Below the pieces are notes generated by a model. The model saw nothing but the letters and a program-made list of their open reading frames with translations. It was not told the origin of the DNA and ran no database searches. The translations under genes and the position numbers were made by a program. A DNA stretch of 32,826 bases, taken from assembly GCA_002730655.1 (NCBI GenBank), contig PCAT01000070.1, positions 1 to 32,826 on the forward strand, written 5' to 3'. Positions 9,464 through 18,119 of this stretch are shown in pieces. Source of the DNA: Balneola sp. (lineage in GTDB: Bacteria; Bacteroidota; Rhodothermia; Balneolales; Balneolaceae). How positions within the stretch are numbered: position 1 is the stretch's first letter; every line of letters starts with the position of its first letter.

Positions 9464-9802
9464 CCACGAAATATCTCTTTTTACCTTATAAATTGCGAAT
9501 CAAAAAAAATCAAGTATAAAAACAGCTTAACCAAATAAAAATTCATTACCTAGCTTATAAGTTAGCCAGGCAATAAAATAGGCTCACTTAGTAGTCATAT
9601 AGCCGAACATAAATAGAGGCCATTTCCAGCTATTTGTTTCTCGCTTAACAATAGCTAAAGTATTCATACACTACATGGCAATAGCAAAAAAGATCATCAG
9701 GGAAAGTGCCATTACTAGTATATTAAGTAAATTCGCTATTTGGATCTATTTCAATCCTGAATATTAGTCCTAGCTGCTGATCCGTTTCTTCTATGCTATA
9801 AG

Positions 9803-10516
9803 TTATAAAACAGACTCGGGATGAACTTCTTCAAAACCGTGAGGAGGTTTGTATAGCCGTGTTCGTTCAAAAAACAAAGCTTCTTTATTATGTACCCTTT
9901 TACCGTTAATAGAAAAAAATCTATAAGAATTCGGCAATAAAGACTGTAAGGGATAGAAAAAATCGATATATGGATTTTGTTTACTGTATAAATCAATATC
10001 GTGGCCATCTGACGCAGCACGCTTAACTAAAATAAATTCGTCTTTCATTAATAATCTATGAAGTACAATAGGTTCTAATTCGTAACCCCATGCTCTTTCA
10101 TGATTGCTTTTAGCAATGGCTGGGTTGTTGGTTTTCAATGAAGTAATCGTATCGATGCCTGAAGACTGTATTCTGTCAATAGATTTTGGGACTAATCTAA
10201 GATAGGCATCCATTGGCGCGTTATCTATCCAACCACCGATTCCTTGGCCATCTGACCATTGTGGTGCGGGTGGCAAAGTATAAAGATGTTCAAAAATGCT
10301 TAAAACAGAAGGATAGGCATCTAATAAGTTAATTCCGTAACGATTATTTGCTAGATCACTTCCCATAAAAAATAAACGAGAATAAGTAGGATCGGGCTTG
10401 GTAAATAATGAAAGTACATCATTATCATCCTTGGAAGTGTCTGAACTTGAACTGGTTAGTTCTTCCATGCGTTGATCGTGAAAGAACACCAGTTTAAGTA
10501 ATTGACTTGATGACAT
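9803..10516 (-). CDS. Hypothetical cytoplasmic protein (237 aa, no Cys, no signal peptide or TM), family not recognised
   Basis: It is a long intact ORF in the same orientation as hppA, 30 nt downstream of it. An AGGA Shine-Dalgarno-like motif lies ~6 nt before the ATG and there is no hairpin in the gap. Composition matches the neighbouring genes. Confidence 0.6.
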   Translation of the reverse strand: MSSSQLLKLVFFHDQRMEELTSSSSDTSKDDNDVLSLFTKPDPTYSRLFFMGSDLANNRYGINLLDAYPSVLSIFEHLYTLPPAPQWSDGQGIGGWIDNAPMDAYLRLVPKSIDRIQSSGIDTITSLKTNNPAIAKSNHERAWGYELEPIVLHRLLMKDEFILVKRAASDGHDIDLYSKQNPYIDFFYPLQSLLPNSYRFFSINGKRVHNKEALFFERTRLYKPPHGFEEVHPESVL

Positions 10517-10546
10517 TGTTTTCCTAAAAAAAAGTACAAAACATAG

Positions 10547-12757
10547 TTAAATCATCGTTGCTATGACCAATGCTACAACAGACATAAGTTTTAATAAGAT
10601 ATTGAGAGAAGGACCAGAGGTATCTTTAAATGGATCACCTACCGTATCACCGACTACTGCAGCTTTATGTGGCTCGCTACCTTTTTTGTATTCCACGCCG
10701 TCAACAGTTACACCCTCTTCAACCATTTTTTTTGCATTATCCCAGGCCCCACCCGCATTGGATTGGAAAAGAGCCATTAGTACACCAGCCGATGTGACAC
10801 CTGCTAAAAGACCACCAAGCATTTTAGCTCCTAAAGTAGGATCATCGCTTATAAAACCTGGCACAAAACCGAACAGTACAGGTACAATAACTGCTAATAA
10901 TCCAGGTAATACCATCTCTCGTATAGAAGCTGCCGTTGATATCTCCACGCACTTCTCATATTCTGCTTTACCATCAGCCGCTTCAAAGATCCCTTGATCT
11001 TTTTTTGACCATTTAGTAAAATCTTTTCCATCATTGTTATTCATCACGTCTAGAGCTGCACGTAATTCAGGGATATCCTTGAACTGACGGCGTACTTCTT
11101 CAATCATACTCATTGCAGCACGTCCAACTGCGTTCATAGAAAGTGCAGAGAATAAAAATGGTAACATTGCTCCAACAAATAAGGCAGCCATTACATAGGG
11201 ATTCGTGATATTGATGACAACTTCTAATCCAGGATTTACAGCTTCATAAGCTGTTATAAATGCAGCAAATAATGCTAATGCCGTTAACGCAGCTGAACCA
11301 ATCGCAAAACCTTTGCCGATAGCTGCTGTTGTATTTCCAACCGCATCTAGTTTATCGGTACGCTCACGAACTTCTGGCTCTAGCTCTGCCATTTCAGCGA
11401 TACCACCGGCATTATCGGAAATAGGTCCATAAGCGTCTACAGCTAGTTGTATACCTGTGTTAGCTAGCATACCAACGGCTGCGATTGCTATTCCATAGAG
11501 ACCAGCAAAACTAAATGCACCTATAATTGCTACTGCTATAATCAGTATGGGGATAGCAGTAGAGATCATACCCACTCCCAAACCTGCAATAATGTTGGTA
11601 GCAGATCCGGTAATCGACTGTTTCACGATAGACAAAACTGGTTTAGTACCCGTACCTGTATAATGCTCGGTAACAAAACCAATGGCTAAGCCGGAAAGTA
11701 ATCCAAAAATAGTCGCAATAAAAACACCTGTACTCGTATACTCAGTACCCGTGAATATCCAACTCTCTGGAAGCATCCAAGTTATAATGAAGTAAGAGGC
11801 AATCAACATTACGACACCTGAAAATAATTCGCCTAAATTAAGTGCTTTTTGTGGATCCCCACCTTCTGTAACACGAACCAAAAAAGTACCTGCAATCGAG
11901 GTAATAATACCAGTACCCGCCAAAACTAATGGTAATAGAACTGCCGAAAGTCCATCAAAATTATCTGACCATGTTGGAACGGTCATAAATGCAGCACCTA
12001 ACACCATTGTACCAATAATGGAACCTACATAAGACTCGAATAAATCAGCTCCCATACCAGCAACGTCGCCTACATTATCACCAACATTATCTGCGATAGT
12101 AGCTGGATTTAATGGGTGATCTTCTGGTATACCTGCTTCTACTTTACCTACTAAGTCAGCGCCAACATCAGCTGCCTTTGTATAGATACCGCCGCCGACT
12201 CGGGCAAATAAAGCAATAGATGAGGCACCAAAAGAAAAACCTGTCACAATAGCTAATACTTTGTTAACAGCACCTGCACCCTCAAGACCAAAAATACTTC
12301 CAAATGTTATCAATAGTAAACTCAGGCCTAAAACACCAAGCCCCACAACTCCAAGCCCCATTACTGAGCCTCCAGCGAAAGCTACTTCTAAGCCTTTTCC
12401 TAGACTTGTACGAGCTGCGTTGGTTGTCCTTACATTCGCCTTGGTTGCGACACGCATCCCAATAAATCCGGCAAGACCGGAACAAATAGCACCCACCACA
12501 AAGGAAATGGCCACCATCCAACTAGATGTTTCGGGGTTAGCGCTGATTCCTAAAAGGATTGCTACTGCAGCAACAAAAATTGCTAGTACTCTGTATTCGG
12601 CTTTTAGGAAAGCCATAGCACCTGCCGCGATGCTTTCGCTTATTCGTCCCATTCGATCAGTTCCAACATCTTGTTTGGATACCCAAGATGACTTTATAAA
12701 CGTGTAAAGCAGAGCTATAAGTCCTGCGAGTGGTATTAAGTATAATATGGTTTGCAT
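10547..12757 (-). CDS. hppA: Membrane-integral ion-translocating inorganic pyrophosphatase (M-PPase). The K+-dependent signature and a Na+-type gate glutamate position are both present
   Basis: The protein is 736 aa and polytopic, with [57 protein letters not shown] and [22 protein letters not shown]. The Ala at GNTT-A-A is codon nt 11324-11326, and DLFESY is nt 12029-12046. Confidence 0.95.
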   Translation of the reverse strand: MQTILYLIPLAGLIALLYTFIKSSWVSKQDVGTDRMGRISESIAAGAMAFLKAEYRVLAIFVAAVAILLGISANPETSSWMVAISFVVGAICSGLAGFIGMRVATKANVRTTNAARTSLGKGLEVAFAGGSVMGLGVVGLGVLGLSLLLITFGSIFGLEGAGAVNKVLAIVTGFSFGASSIALFARVGGGIYTKAADVGADLVGKVEAGIPEDHPLNPATIADNVGDNVGDVAGMGADLFESYVGSIIGTMVLGAAFMTVPTWSDNFDGLSAVLLPLVLAGTGIITSIAGTFLVRVTEGGDPQKALNLGELFSGVVMLIASYFIITWMLPESWIFTGTEYTSTGVFIATIFGLLSGLAIGFVTEHYTGTGTKPVLSIVKQSITGSATNIIAGLGVGMISTAIPILIIAVAIIGAFSFAGLYGIAIAAVGMLANTGIQLAVDAYGPISDNAGGIAEMAELEPEVRERTDKLDAVGNTTAAIGKGFAIGSAALTALALFAAFITAYEAVNPGLEVVINITNPYVMAALFVGAMLPFLFSALSMNAVGRAAMSMIEEVRRQFKDIPELRAALDVMNNNDGKDFTKWSKKDQGIFEAADGKAEYEKCVEISTAASIREMVLPGLLAVIVPVLFGFVPGFISDDPTLGAKMLGGLLAGVTSAGVLMALFQSNAGGAWDNAKKMVEEGVTVDGVEYKKGSEPHKAAVVGDTVGDPFKDTSGPSLNILLKLMSVVALVIATMI

Positions 12758-12824
12758 AATTCTGCGTTCTATGTTTTATATGGTAATTAACGAGGTGACT
12801 CTGCACCCGTATCAAAAGTGTATA

Positions 12825-13382
12825 CTAATTATGTATATTCATTGCTTTATTTAGCCCCAAACCCACAAAATCTAAGCTAGCCTGAACAGCGTTATCTATC
12901 GCTTGTTTTACTAACTCTAAATCCTCAGATTTAAATGGTGATAATACAAATTCAATTTGTCTGCCTCTTGGGAAATCATTTCCAATGCCTATTCGTAAGC
13001 GAGGTATGGCCTGTGAACCTATTTTTTCATGGACATCTGAGATTCCATTGTGTCCCCCGTCACTACCATTTGGTCGCAACCTTAAATCTCCCAATGCCAA
13101 ATTTAAATCATCATAGATAATTAAGCTTTGGTCTGAATTATGATTAAACTGTGCCATGGCTTTGGTTACCGAGGAACCGCTGTTATTCATGTAATTCGTA
13201 GGTTTTATTAAAAACAAATTATGGCCCTTATATCGTGCATTAGCATATACATAGGGACCATTGCCTGCTTGGAACGAGCTGCCTAGTTTGTGGGCTAACA
13301 TATTTACTATATCAAAACCAATATTATGTCGTGTACCTTCATAATCTGCACCTACATTCCCAAGTCCAACTAATAGCGCCAC
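12825..13382 (-). CDS. pth: Peptidyl-tRNA hydrolase
   Basis: LVGLGNVGADYEGTRHNIGF plus a GHNG-containing core and a length of 185 aa fit Pth. The start codon is GTG. It follows rplY by 13 nt, matching the conserved prs-ctc-pth order. Confidence 0.95.
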   Translation of the reverse strand: MALLVGLGNVGADYEGTRHNIGFDIVNMLAHKLGSSFQAGNGPYVYANARYKGHNLFLIKPTNYMNNSGSSVTKAMAQFNHNSDQSLIIYDDLNLALGDLRLRPNGSDGGHNGISDVHEKIGSQAIPRLRIGIGNDFPRGRQIEFVLSPFKSEDLELVKQAIDNAVQASLDFVGLGLNKAMNIHN

Positions 13383-13395
13383 AGGTATCCTCTAC

Positions 13396-14043
13396 TTATT
13401 CCTCAGAAGTACTTTCTTCCGAGGGATCCTCAGTTCTTTCAGCATCATCACTACCTTCATCATCAAGGACATCTTTCAATAGTTGTCCTTTTGGTGGCCT
13501 AATGGTAACAATGGTTCTGTTTAGAGAATCTAACGGGATAATTCCATCTAACTCTAAATCCGAAACATGAAAAGACTGCCCAATTTTTAGTGGTGTCACA
13601 TCAACTTGAAACTCAGCAACAATATTTTCTGGTAGAACTCTTATGCGCAGAAATTTCATTGGCTGAAATAAACGCCCACCTCCCTCAACAACACCACGCG
13701 CATTTCCCTTAATACCAATAGGCACTCGGAGCGTTACTTTGTGTATATCACTTAGAACATAAAAATCGGCGTGAATGGGGCGATCTGTAACCGGATCAAA
13801 TTCTGTTCTCTTTAGTAGTGTTTTGTACACTTTCCCGTCGATTGTAAGCTCTTGAACTTTTGTTTGAGCACGGCTCAAAATCTTTTCTAGCGCTAATTCA
13901 TCTATTGAAAAATGTTTGTTTTCTTGTACTTCAGGACCATATAATACGGCAGGTACACGTTTAGCTGCACGCAGCTCACGGTTTACTTTTTTATTGATTT
14001 CTCGAGGCTTACCCTCAAGTTTAACATATTCTGGCTTTGCCAT
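13396..14043 (-). CDS. rplY: 50S ribosomal protein L25 / general stress protein Ctc (long form with an acidic C-terminal tail)
   Basis: RELRAAKRVPAVLYGPE is the L25 N-terminal motif. The length of 215 aa and its position between prs and pth also fit. Confidence 0.9.
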   Translation of the reverse strand: MAKPEYVKLEGKPREINKKVNRELRAAKRVPAVLYGPEVQENKHFSIDELALEKILSRAQTKVQELTIDGKVYKTLLKRTEFDPVTDRPIHADFYVLSDIHKVTLRVPIGIKGNARGVVEGGGRLFQPMKFLRIRVLPENIVAEFQVDVTPLKIGQSFHVSDLELDGIIPLDSLNRTIVTIRPPKGQLLKDVLDDEGSDDAERTEDPSEESTSEE

Positions 14044-14062
14044 TTTTTTCCTATTCTACTTA

Positions 14063-14995
14063 TTAATTAACAAATAACGCACTGATGGTGTCATTGGTAT
14101 GAATCCGTTCGATTGCTTCAGCAAAAATATTTGCCACACTAAGTACCTTTATTTTATCAGATGGCTGACGCAATGGAATGGTGTCGGTTACCAATAGTTC
14201 ATAAATAGGTGAGTCTTCGATTCTTTGAAACGCTGGCCCTGAGAGTATGGGGTGAGAACATGTAGCTCGTATGTCTAATGCACCTCGCTTTTTCATGGCA
14301 GCCGCCGCATTGGTTAACGTACCGGCTGTATCAATTAAATCATCAACGATTAAAACATTTTTACCCTCGACCTCACCAATTATGTTCATTATCTCTGACT
14401 CATTTTGTTTGGGCCTACGCTTATCAATAAATGCTAGAGAAGCACCAAGTTTTTTTGAATAGGCTCGTGCTGTTTTCAAACTACCAACATCGGGTGCTAC
14501 CACCACCAAGTTATCAATTGGATGCTTAGTCATATGGTCAATAAATACACGAGAGGCATAGAGATGGTCAAGAGGGATATCAAAAAATCCTTGAATCTGT
14601 GCTGCATGCAGGTCCATCGTTAATATGCGATCTGCACCCGCCTCGACTAGTAGATTAGCCATCAACTTTGAACCAATAGACACTCTAGGTTGGTCTTTTC
14701 GATCTTGACGTGCATATCCAAAATATGGAATTACTGCTGTCACGCGTTTGACAGAGGCACGCTTAGCAGCATCCAACATGAGGAGTAGCTCGATAATATT
14801 ATCGCCTGATGGGGGGGTTGGTTGAACTAAAAATATATCCTCTCCACGTATACTTTGTTCGTATTTGACGTAGAGTTCACCATCTGAAAACTTTTTGATT
14901 GTTATGTTTCCGAGATTAGTTCCATACTCCTCTGCTATGGCACGGGCCAAGGCTGGATTACTGGTACCAGAAAATATTGCAAGAGGACTGTCCAA
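14063..14995 (-). CDS. prs: Ribose-phosphate pyrophosphokinase (PRPP synthetase)
   Basis: FSDGE ... DLHAAQIQGFFDIP ... VVVAPDVGS ... the PRPP loop VLIVDDLIDTAGT, and a length of 310 aa. The start codon is TTG. Confidence 0.95.
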   Translation of the reverse strand: MDSPLAIFSGTSNPALARAIAEEYGTNLGNITIKKFSDGELYVKYEQSIRGEDIFLVQPTPPSGDNIIELLLMLDAAKRASVKRVTAVIPYFGYARQDRKDQPRVSIGSKLMANLLVEAGADRILTMDLHAAQIQGFFDIPLDHLYASRVFIDHMTKHPIDNLVVVAPDVGSLKTARAYSKKLGASLAFIDKRRPKQNESEIMNIIGEVEGKNVLIVDDLIDTAGTLTNAAAAMKKRGALDIRATCSHPILSGPAFQRIEDSPIYELLVTDTIPLRQPSDKIKVLSVANIFAEAIERIHTNDTISALFVN

Positions 14996-15078
14996 GGTTA
15001 TTTTAGTTTGCTAGCACTGATATGTTCAGGATTACATAAAACGACGGGCTCTTAACCTTGACACCCACCGAGTTTAGT

Positions 15079-15149
15079 TGCCCGGGGAGGACTCGAACCC
15101 CCACATACTGGACCAAAACCAGGTGTCCTGCCATTAGACGACCGGGCAG
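15079..15149 (-). tRNA. tRNA-Gln (anticodon UUG), 71 nt, CCA not encoded
   Basis: The reverse complement folds by hand into a cloverleaf: acceptor TGCCCGG/CCGGGCA (U1:A72), D arm GTCT-AATGGCA-GGAC, anticodon arm CCTGG-TTTTGGT-CCAGT (one C27/U43 mismatch), variable ATGT, T arm GGGGG-TTCGAGT-CCTCC, discriminator A. Confidence 0.85.
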
Positions 15150-15327
15150 AATGTCGTTAATAGGCTCTGAAGATAGTGAGCTATAAATCTCTAATCAAGA
15201 CTCAAACCATCTATTTTTAAGATTGGACAAACATTTAGATACTTTAGTCAAAAAAACTCACTTATTAGTATGTCTAAAATCGTATCTTATCTTTTATTAA
15301 GATATCCTAAAATAACATTTAGAGCTC

Positions 15328-15825
15328 ATGGGACATCAACTTATACTCATGGACAGGGCCCGAATCTCTCGATGTATAAAGAGAATGGCTATTCAGATTT
15401 ACGAGCACTTTTCGGTTAATCTACCTCTTCATGTGATTGGATTAAATGAACGAGGTTTTGCACTAGCTCAAGAGCTTGTATCCGAACTTAATGAGCTAAG
15501 ATCTAATCAAGAAAATGTTATTTATCACTTAGACGTATTCAGCAAAGGTGATAAAACTATACCCGATTTAAATGACCAACAGGTTTTAATTGTAGATGAC
15601 GTAGTTTTCTCTGGGCAAACATTATTTCAATCACTTTCAGTGTTGTTTCACTCACAAAAACCTGAGATTATCGAAATTGTATCGTTAATTGATAGAGGAC
15701 ACCGGCGATATCCAATTCTTGCAAACATTGTTGGAGAACACATCCCAACTAAAGTTGGAGAACATGTGGAAGTTTTATTAAGTGAAAACCACTTGGAAAC
15801 AGTGATTTTATTTAAAAATTCATAA
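15328..15825 (+). CDS. pyrR: PyrR-like type I phosphoribosyltransferase (pyrimidine operon regulator/UPRTase family), short form
   Basis: By eye it is collinear with Bacillus PyrR. LMDRARISRCIKRMAIQIYE stands against ILDEQAIRRALTRIAHEMIE, the PRPP loop is VLIVDDVVFSGQT, and LIDRGHRRYPI stands against LVDRGHRELPI. At 165 aa it is ~15 aa shorter than classical PyrR. Confidence 0.7.
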   Translation: MGHQLILMDRARISRCIKRMAIQIYEHFSVNLPLHVIGLNERGFALAQELVSELNELRSNQENVIYHLDVFSKGDKTIPDLNDQQVLIVDDVVFSGQTLFQSLSVLFHSQKPEIIEIVSLIDRGHRRYPILANIVGEHIPTKVGEHVEVLLSENHLETVILFKNS

Positions 15826-15835
15826 AACGATCAGC

Positions 15836-16723
15836 ATGAGGATATCTTATTCACGCCTATCTGGCGTAATGTCCTTTATTATAACTCTTTTGTTAAGTGC
15901 GCACTCAACAGGTCAAACTATTGTGATACCAGACACACTGAAAGGCTGGGAAAATGACTTGAGAATAAATCTTAATGGTGCTCAAGCCAGTTTTGAAAAC
16001 TGGAGTGAAGGTGGGGTAAACACGATTAGTGGTACTTTTTCGACTAACTATACCAAGATTTATCGCAGCGATTTATTTGCGTTTGGAATAAGAATTAATG
16101 GAAGATATGGTCAAGCTCGTTTTAATAAGAATACACGTAAATCTGACGATTTATTTACCATCAGAACACGTAGTACTTTTGCTTTTGCCACAAGTCCACG
16201 ACTTTCTTCTTATGGAACAGTTATGCTACGAACACAGTTTCGAGATGGATTCGAATACAATGCTAAACGTAACCCTACTGGTGCTGATTCGTTAATTTCT
16301 GGTTTCTTTGCCCCAGCCTATATAACAGAAGGGATTGGTGTTAGCTTTAATGCTGAAAAAAGTTTCCAAATGGAAGCAGGGCTTGGTTTAAAGCAAACCA
16401 TTGTTATGCGAGAGGATTTAGCGTCAAATTATGGTCTCAAGCAAGGAGTTAGTTATCGATTTGAAGGTGGTCTTACGACAGGTATAACCTTCCAAAAAGA
16501 AGTATTCAAAAATGTACAATACAACACAGATATTGAAACATTCACCAACTTACTGCACCCAATAAACGAGACTGATGTATATTGGACAAACGAATTTATT
16601 GGTAGAATAAATTCAACCCTTCAAGCTTCATTGCAATTTGAACTACGATATGATTACGACTTTTCAACGGATATCCAGCTAAAACAAGTACTAAGCGCAG
16701 GTATATCCATGGATTTATTCTAA
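15836..16723 (+). CDS. Predicted outer-membrane beta-barrel protein, DUF3078-like
   Basis: It has an N-terminal signal peptide (MSFIITLLLSAHSTGQ; the true start may be the internal Met at nt 15869). The beta-strand pattern alternates, the FENWSEGGVNTISG motif is recalled from DUF3078, and the C-terminus ends ...GISMDLF with a terminal Phe typical of OMPs. It starts 10 nt after the pyrR-like gene. Confidence 0.65.
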   Translation: MRISYSRLSGVMSFIITLLLSAHSTGQTIVIPDTLKGWENDLRINLNGAQASFENWSEGGVNTISGTFSTNYTKIYRSDLFAFGIRINGRYGQARFNKNTRKSDDLFTIRTRSTFAFATSPRLSSYGTVMLRTQFRDGFEYNAKRNPTGADSLISGFFAPAYITEGIGVSFNAEKSFQMEAGLGLKQTIVMREDLASNYGLKQGVSYRFEGGLTTGITFQKEVFKNVQYNTDIETFTNLLHPINETDVYWTNEFIGRINSTLQASLQFELRYDYDFSTDIQLKQVLSAGISMDLF

Positions 16724-16738
16724 ATCACTATTTCAATT

Positions 16739-18118
16739 ATGGATACCTCAATATTTCAGACCTTTCATCCATCACTACAACAATTACAAGAATGGAAAGA
16801 TTCTTTTGGGGTATTTACAACCCACCCTAGCCTTATAGTTGATGATTCAATCATCCAGAAAACTCTACGTTCACTGAGCGAACGATTAACTGGAAATTAT
16901 CCCTTTCATCATCCCAATTATGCAGGCCAAATGCTCAAGCCTCCCCACCCTATTGCAGCACTTGCTTATTCGGTAACAATGGGGTTAAACCCAAATAATC
17001 ATGCTTTAGACGGAGGACCACCTAGTTCTGAAATGGAAAAAGAGTGTGTTCAAGCTTTGGCCAATTTATTTGGATACAATGATACTTATATGGGGCACCT
17101 AAGTTCTAGTGGGACCATTGCAAATCTAGAAGCTCTTTGGATTGCCCGTTGCCTGCACCCAAACAAAGGGATAGCCTATTCTAACGAAGCCCATTATACC
17201 CACAGTCGAATGGCTCAAGTTTTAGATATGGAGGCTCATACTTTCCAGTTAGAAGATGAGAATTCCATTGCAGAATGCCTTGAAGCACTCCCAGTCGACT
17301 CTATTGGAACGTTAATCGTCACTATGGGTACTACTGGACTGGGAAAAGTAGAGCCTCTATCGGAGATTCTAGATTGGGCCCGACCTAGAAGTATTCGAAT
17401 TCATATTGACGCCGCATATGGAGGTTTTTTTAAAACGATCTCAGATTACCTACCCGGTCCTAACGTACATTGGGATCGAATGCAAGAGGCCGATAGTATC
17501 GTAATCGATCCACATAAACACGGGCTTCAACCTTATGGATGTGGATGTGTACTTTTTAAAAATCCAGAAGTTGGCGTTTTCTACAAGCATGATTCCCCTT
17601 ATACCTATTTTAGTTCTGAAGAGTTGCACCTAGGTGAAATTAGTTTAGAATGCTCTCGTGCAGGAGCTGCGGCAGCTTCTTTTTGGGCCACCTTACAATG
17701 TTTTCCATTGGAACCAAATCATGGCTTTGGCCCTATACTCACCGCATGTCACATGGCGGCTATCAAAGCCTATGGTTATTTGGATAACAGTGAAATACTA
17801 AATCCTTATATAGCACCTGAGCTTGATATAGTCACTTATTATGTGGCTAAGAAAAATGCGCCCGGATCAACATCAACTATTAGTGATCGGTCTAAAAAAA
17901 TATTTCATCAAGGCATGAACAATAATGACCCTAGCCAACAATACTATATTTCACTCTACACGGTAAACTCGCAAGATTTTAGTCAAAGATTTCCCGAAAT
18001 CTTGGTAGATAGTAATCAAGTCGTTTTACTTAGAAGTGTGCTCATGCGGCCCGAACAAGAACATACAATTGAAAAGTTACTTGCTCGAATAGAAGAAGAT
18101 GCTAAAGCTCTTCTTTAG
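16739..18118 (+). CDS. PLP-dependent group II amino-acid decarboxylase (fold type I); substrate not inferable
   Basis: HHPNYAGQM ... NPNNHALDGGPPSSEMEKECVQALANLFG, SSGTIANLEALW, HIDAAYGG and the PLP-lysine motif IDPHKHG fit this class. Length is 459 aa. Confidence 0.8.
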   Translation: MDTSIFQTFHPSLQQLQEWKDSFGVFTTHPSLIVDDSIIQKTLRSLSERLTGNYPFHHPNYAGQMLKPPHPIAALAYSVTMGLNPNNHALDGGPPSSEMEKECVQALANLFGYNDTYMGHLSSSGTIANLEALWIARCLHPNKGIAYSNEAHYTHSRMAQVLDMEAHTFQLEDENSIAECLEALPVDSIGTLIVTMGTTGLGKVEPLSEILDWARPRSIRIHIDAAYGGFFKTISDYLPGPNVHWDRMQEADSIVIDPHKHGLQPYGCGCVLFKNPEVGVFYKHDSPYTYFSSEELHLGEISLECSRAGAAAASFWATLQCFPLEPNHGFGPILTACHMAAIKAYGYLDNSEILNPYIAPELDIVTYYVAKKNAPGSTSTISDRSKKIFHQGMNNNDPSQQYYISLYTVNSQDFSQRFPEILVDSNQVVLLRSVLMRPEQEHTIEKLLARIEEDAKALL

Positions 18119-18119
18119 C
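18101..18119. repeat. Perfect 7-bp inverted repeat GCTAAAG-CTCTT-CTTTAGC that contains the stop codons of both convergent genes
   Basis: Read directly. The plus-strand TAG at 18116-18118 ends the decarboxylase, and the minus-strand TAG (complement of 18102-18104) ends clpB. The two CDSs overlap by 17 nt. Confidence 0.8.

Noticed and set aside
9803-10516. Metallophosphoesterase-like fragments in ORF237 (FFHD, GSD, SNHE, DGHD)
   Set aside because: The order is superficially right, but motif I is not D-x-H. The GD-to-GNHE spacing is about three times too long, and the surrounding beta-strand context does not match. I treat it as coincidence until a profile search says otherwise.
10563-12707. 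Long antisense ORFs inside hppA (10563..10997, 12261..12707, and 12282..12521 in another frame)
   Set aside because: They lie entirely within, and opposite to, a gene with unmistakable M-PPase motifs. Their products are low-complexity Pro/Ser/Thr/Ala-rich strings typical of shadow frames opposite Gly/Ala/Val-rich membrane proteins.
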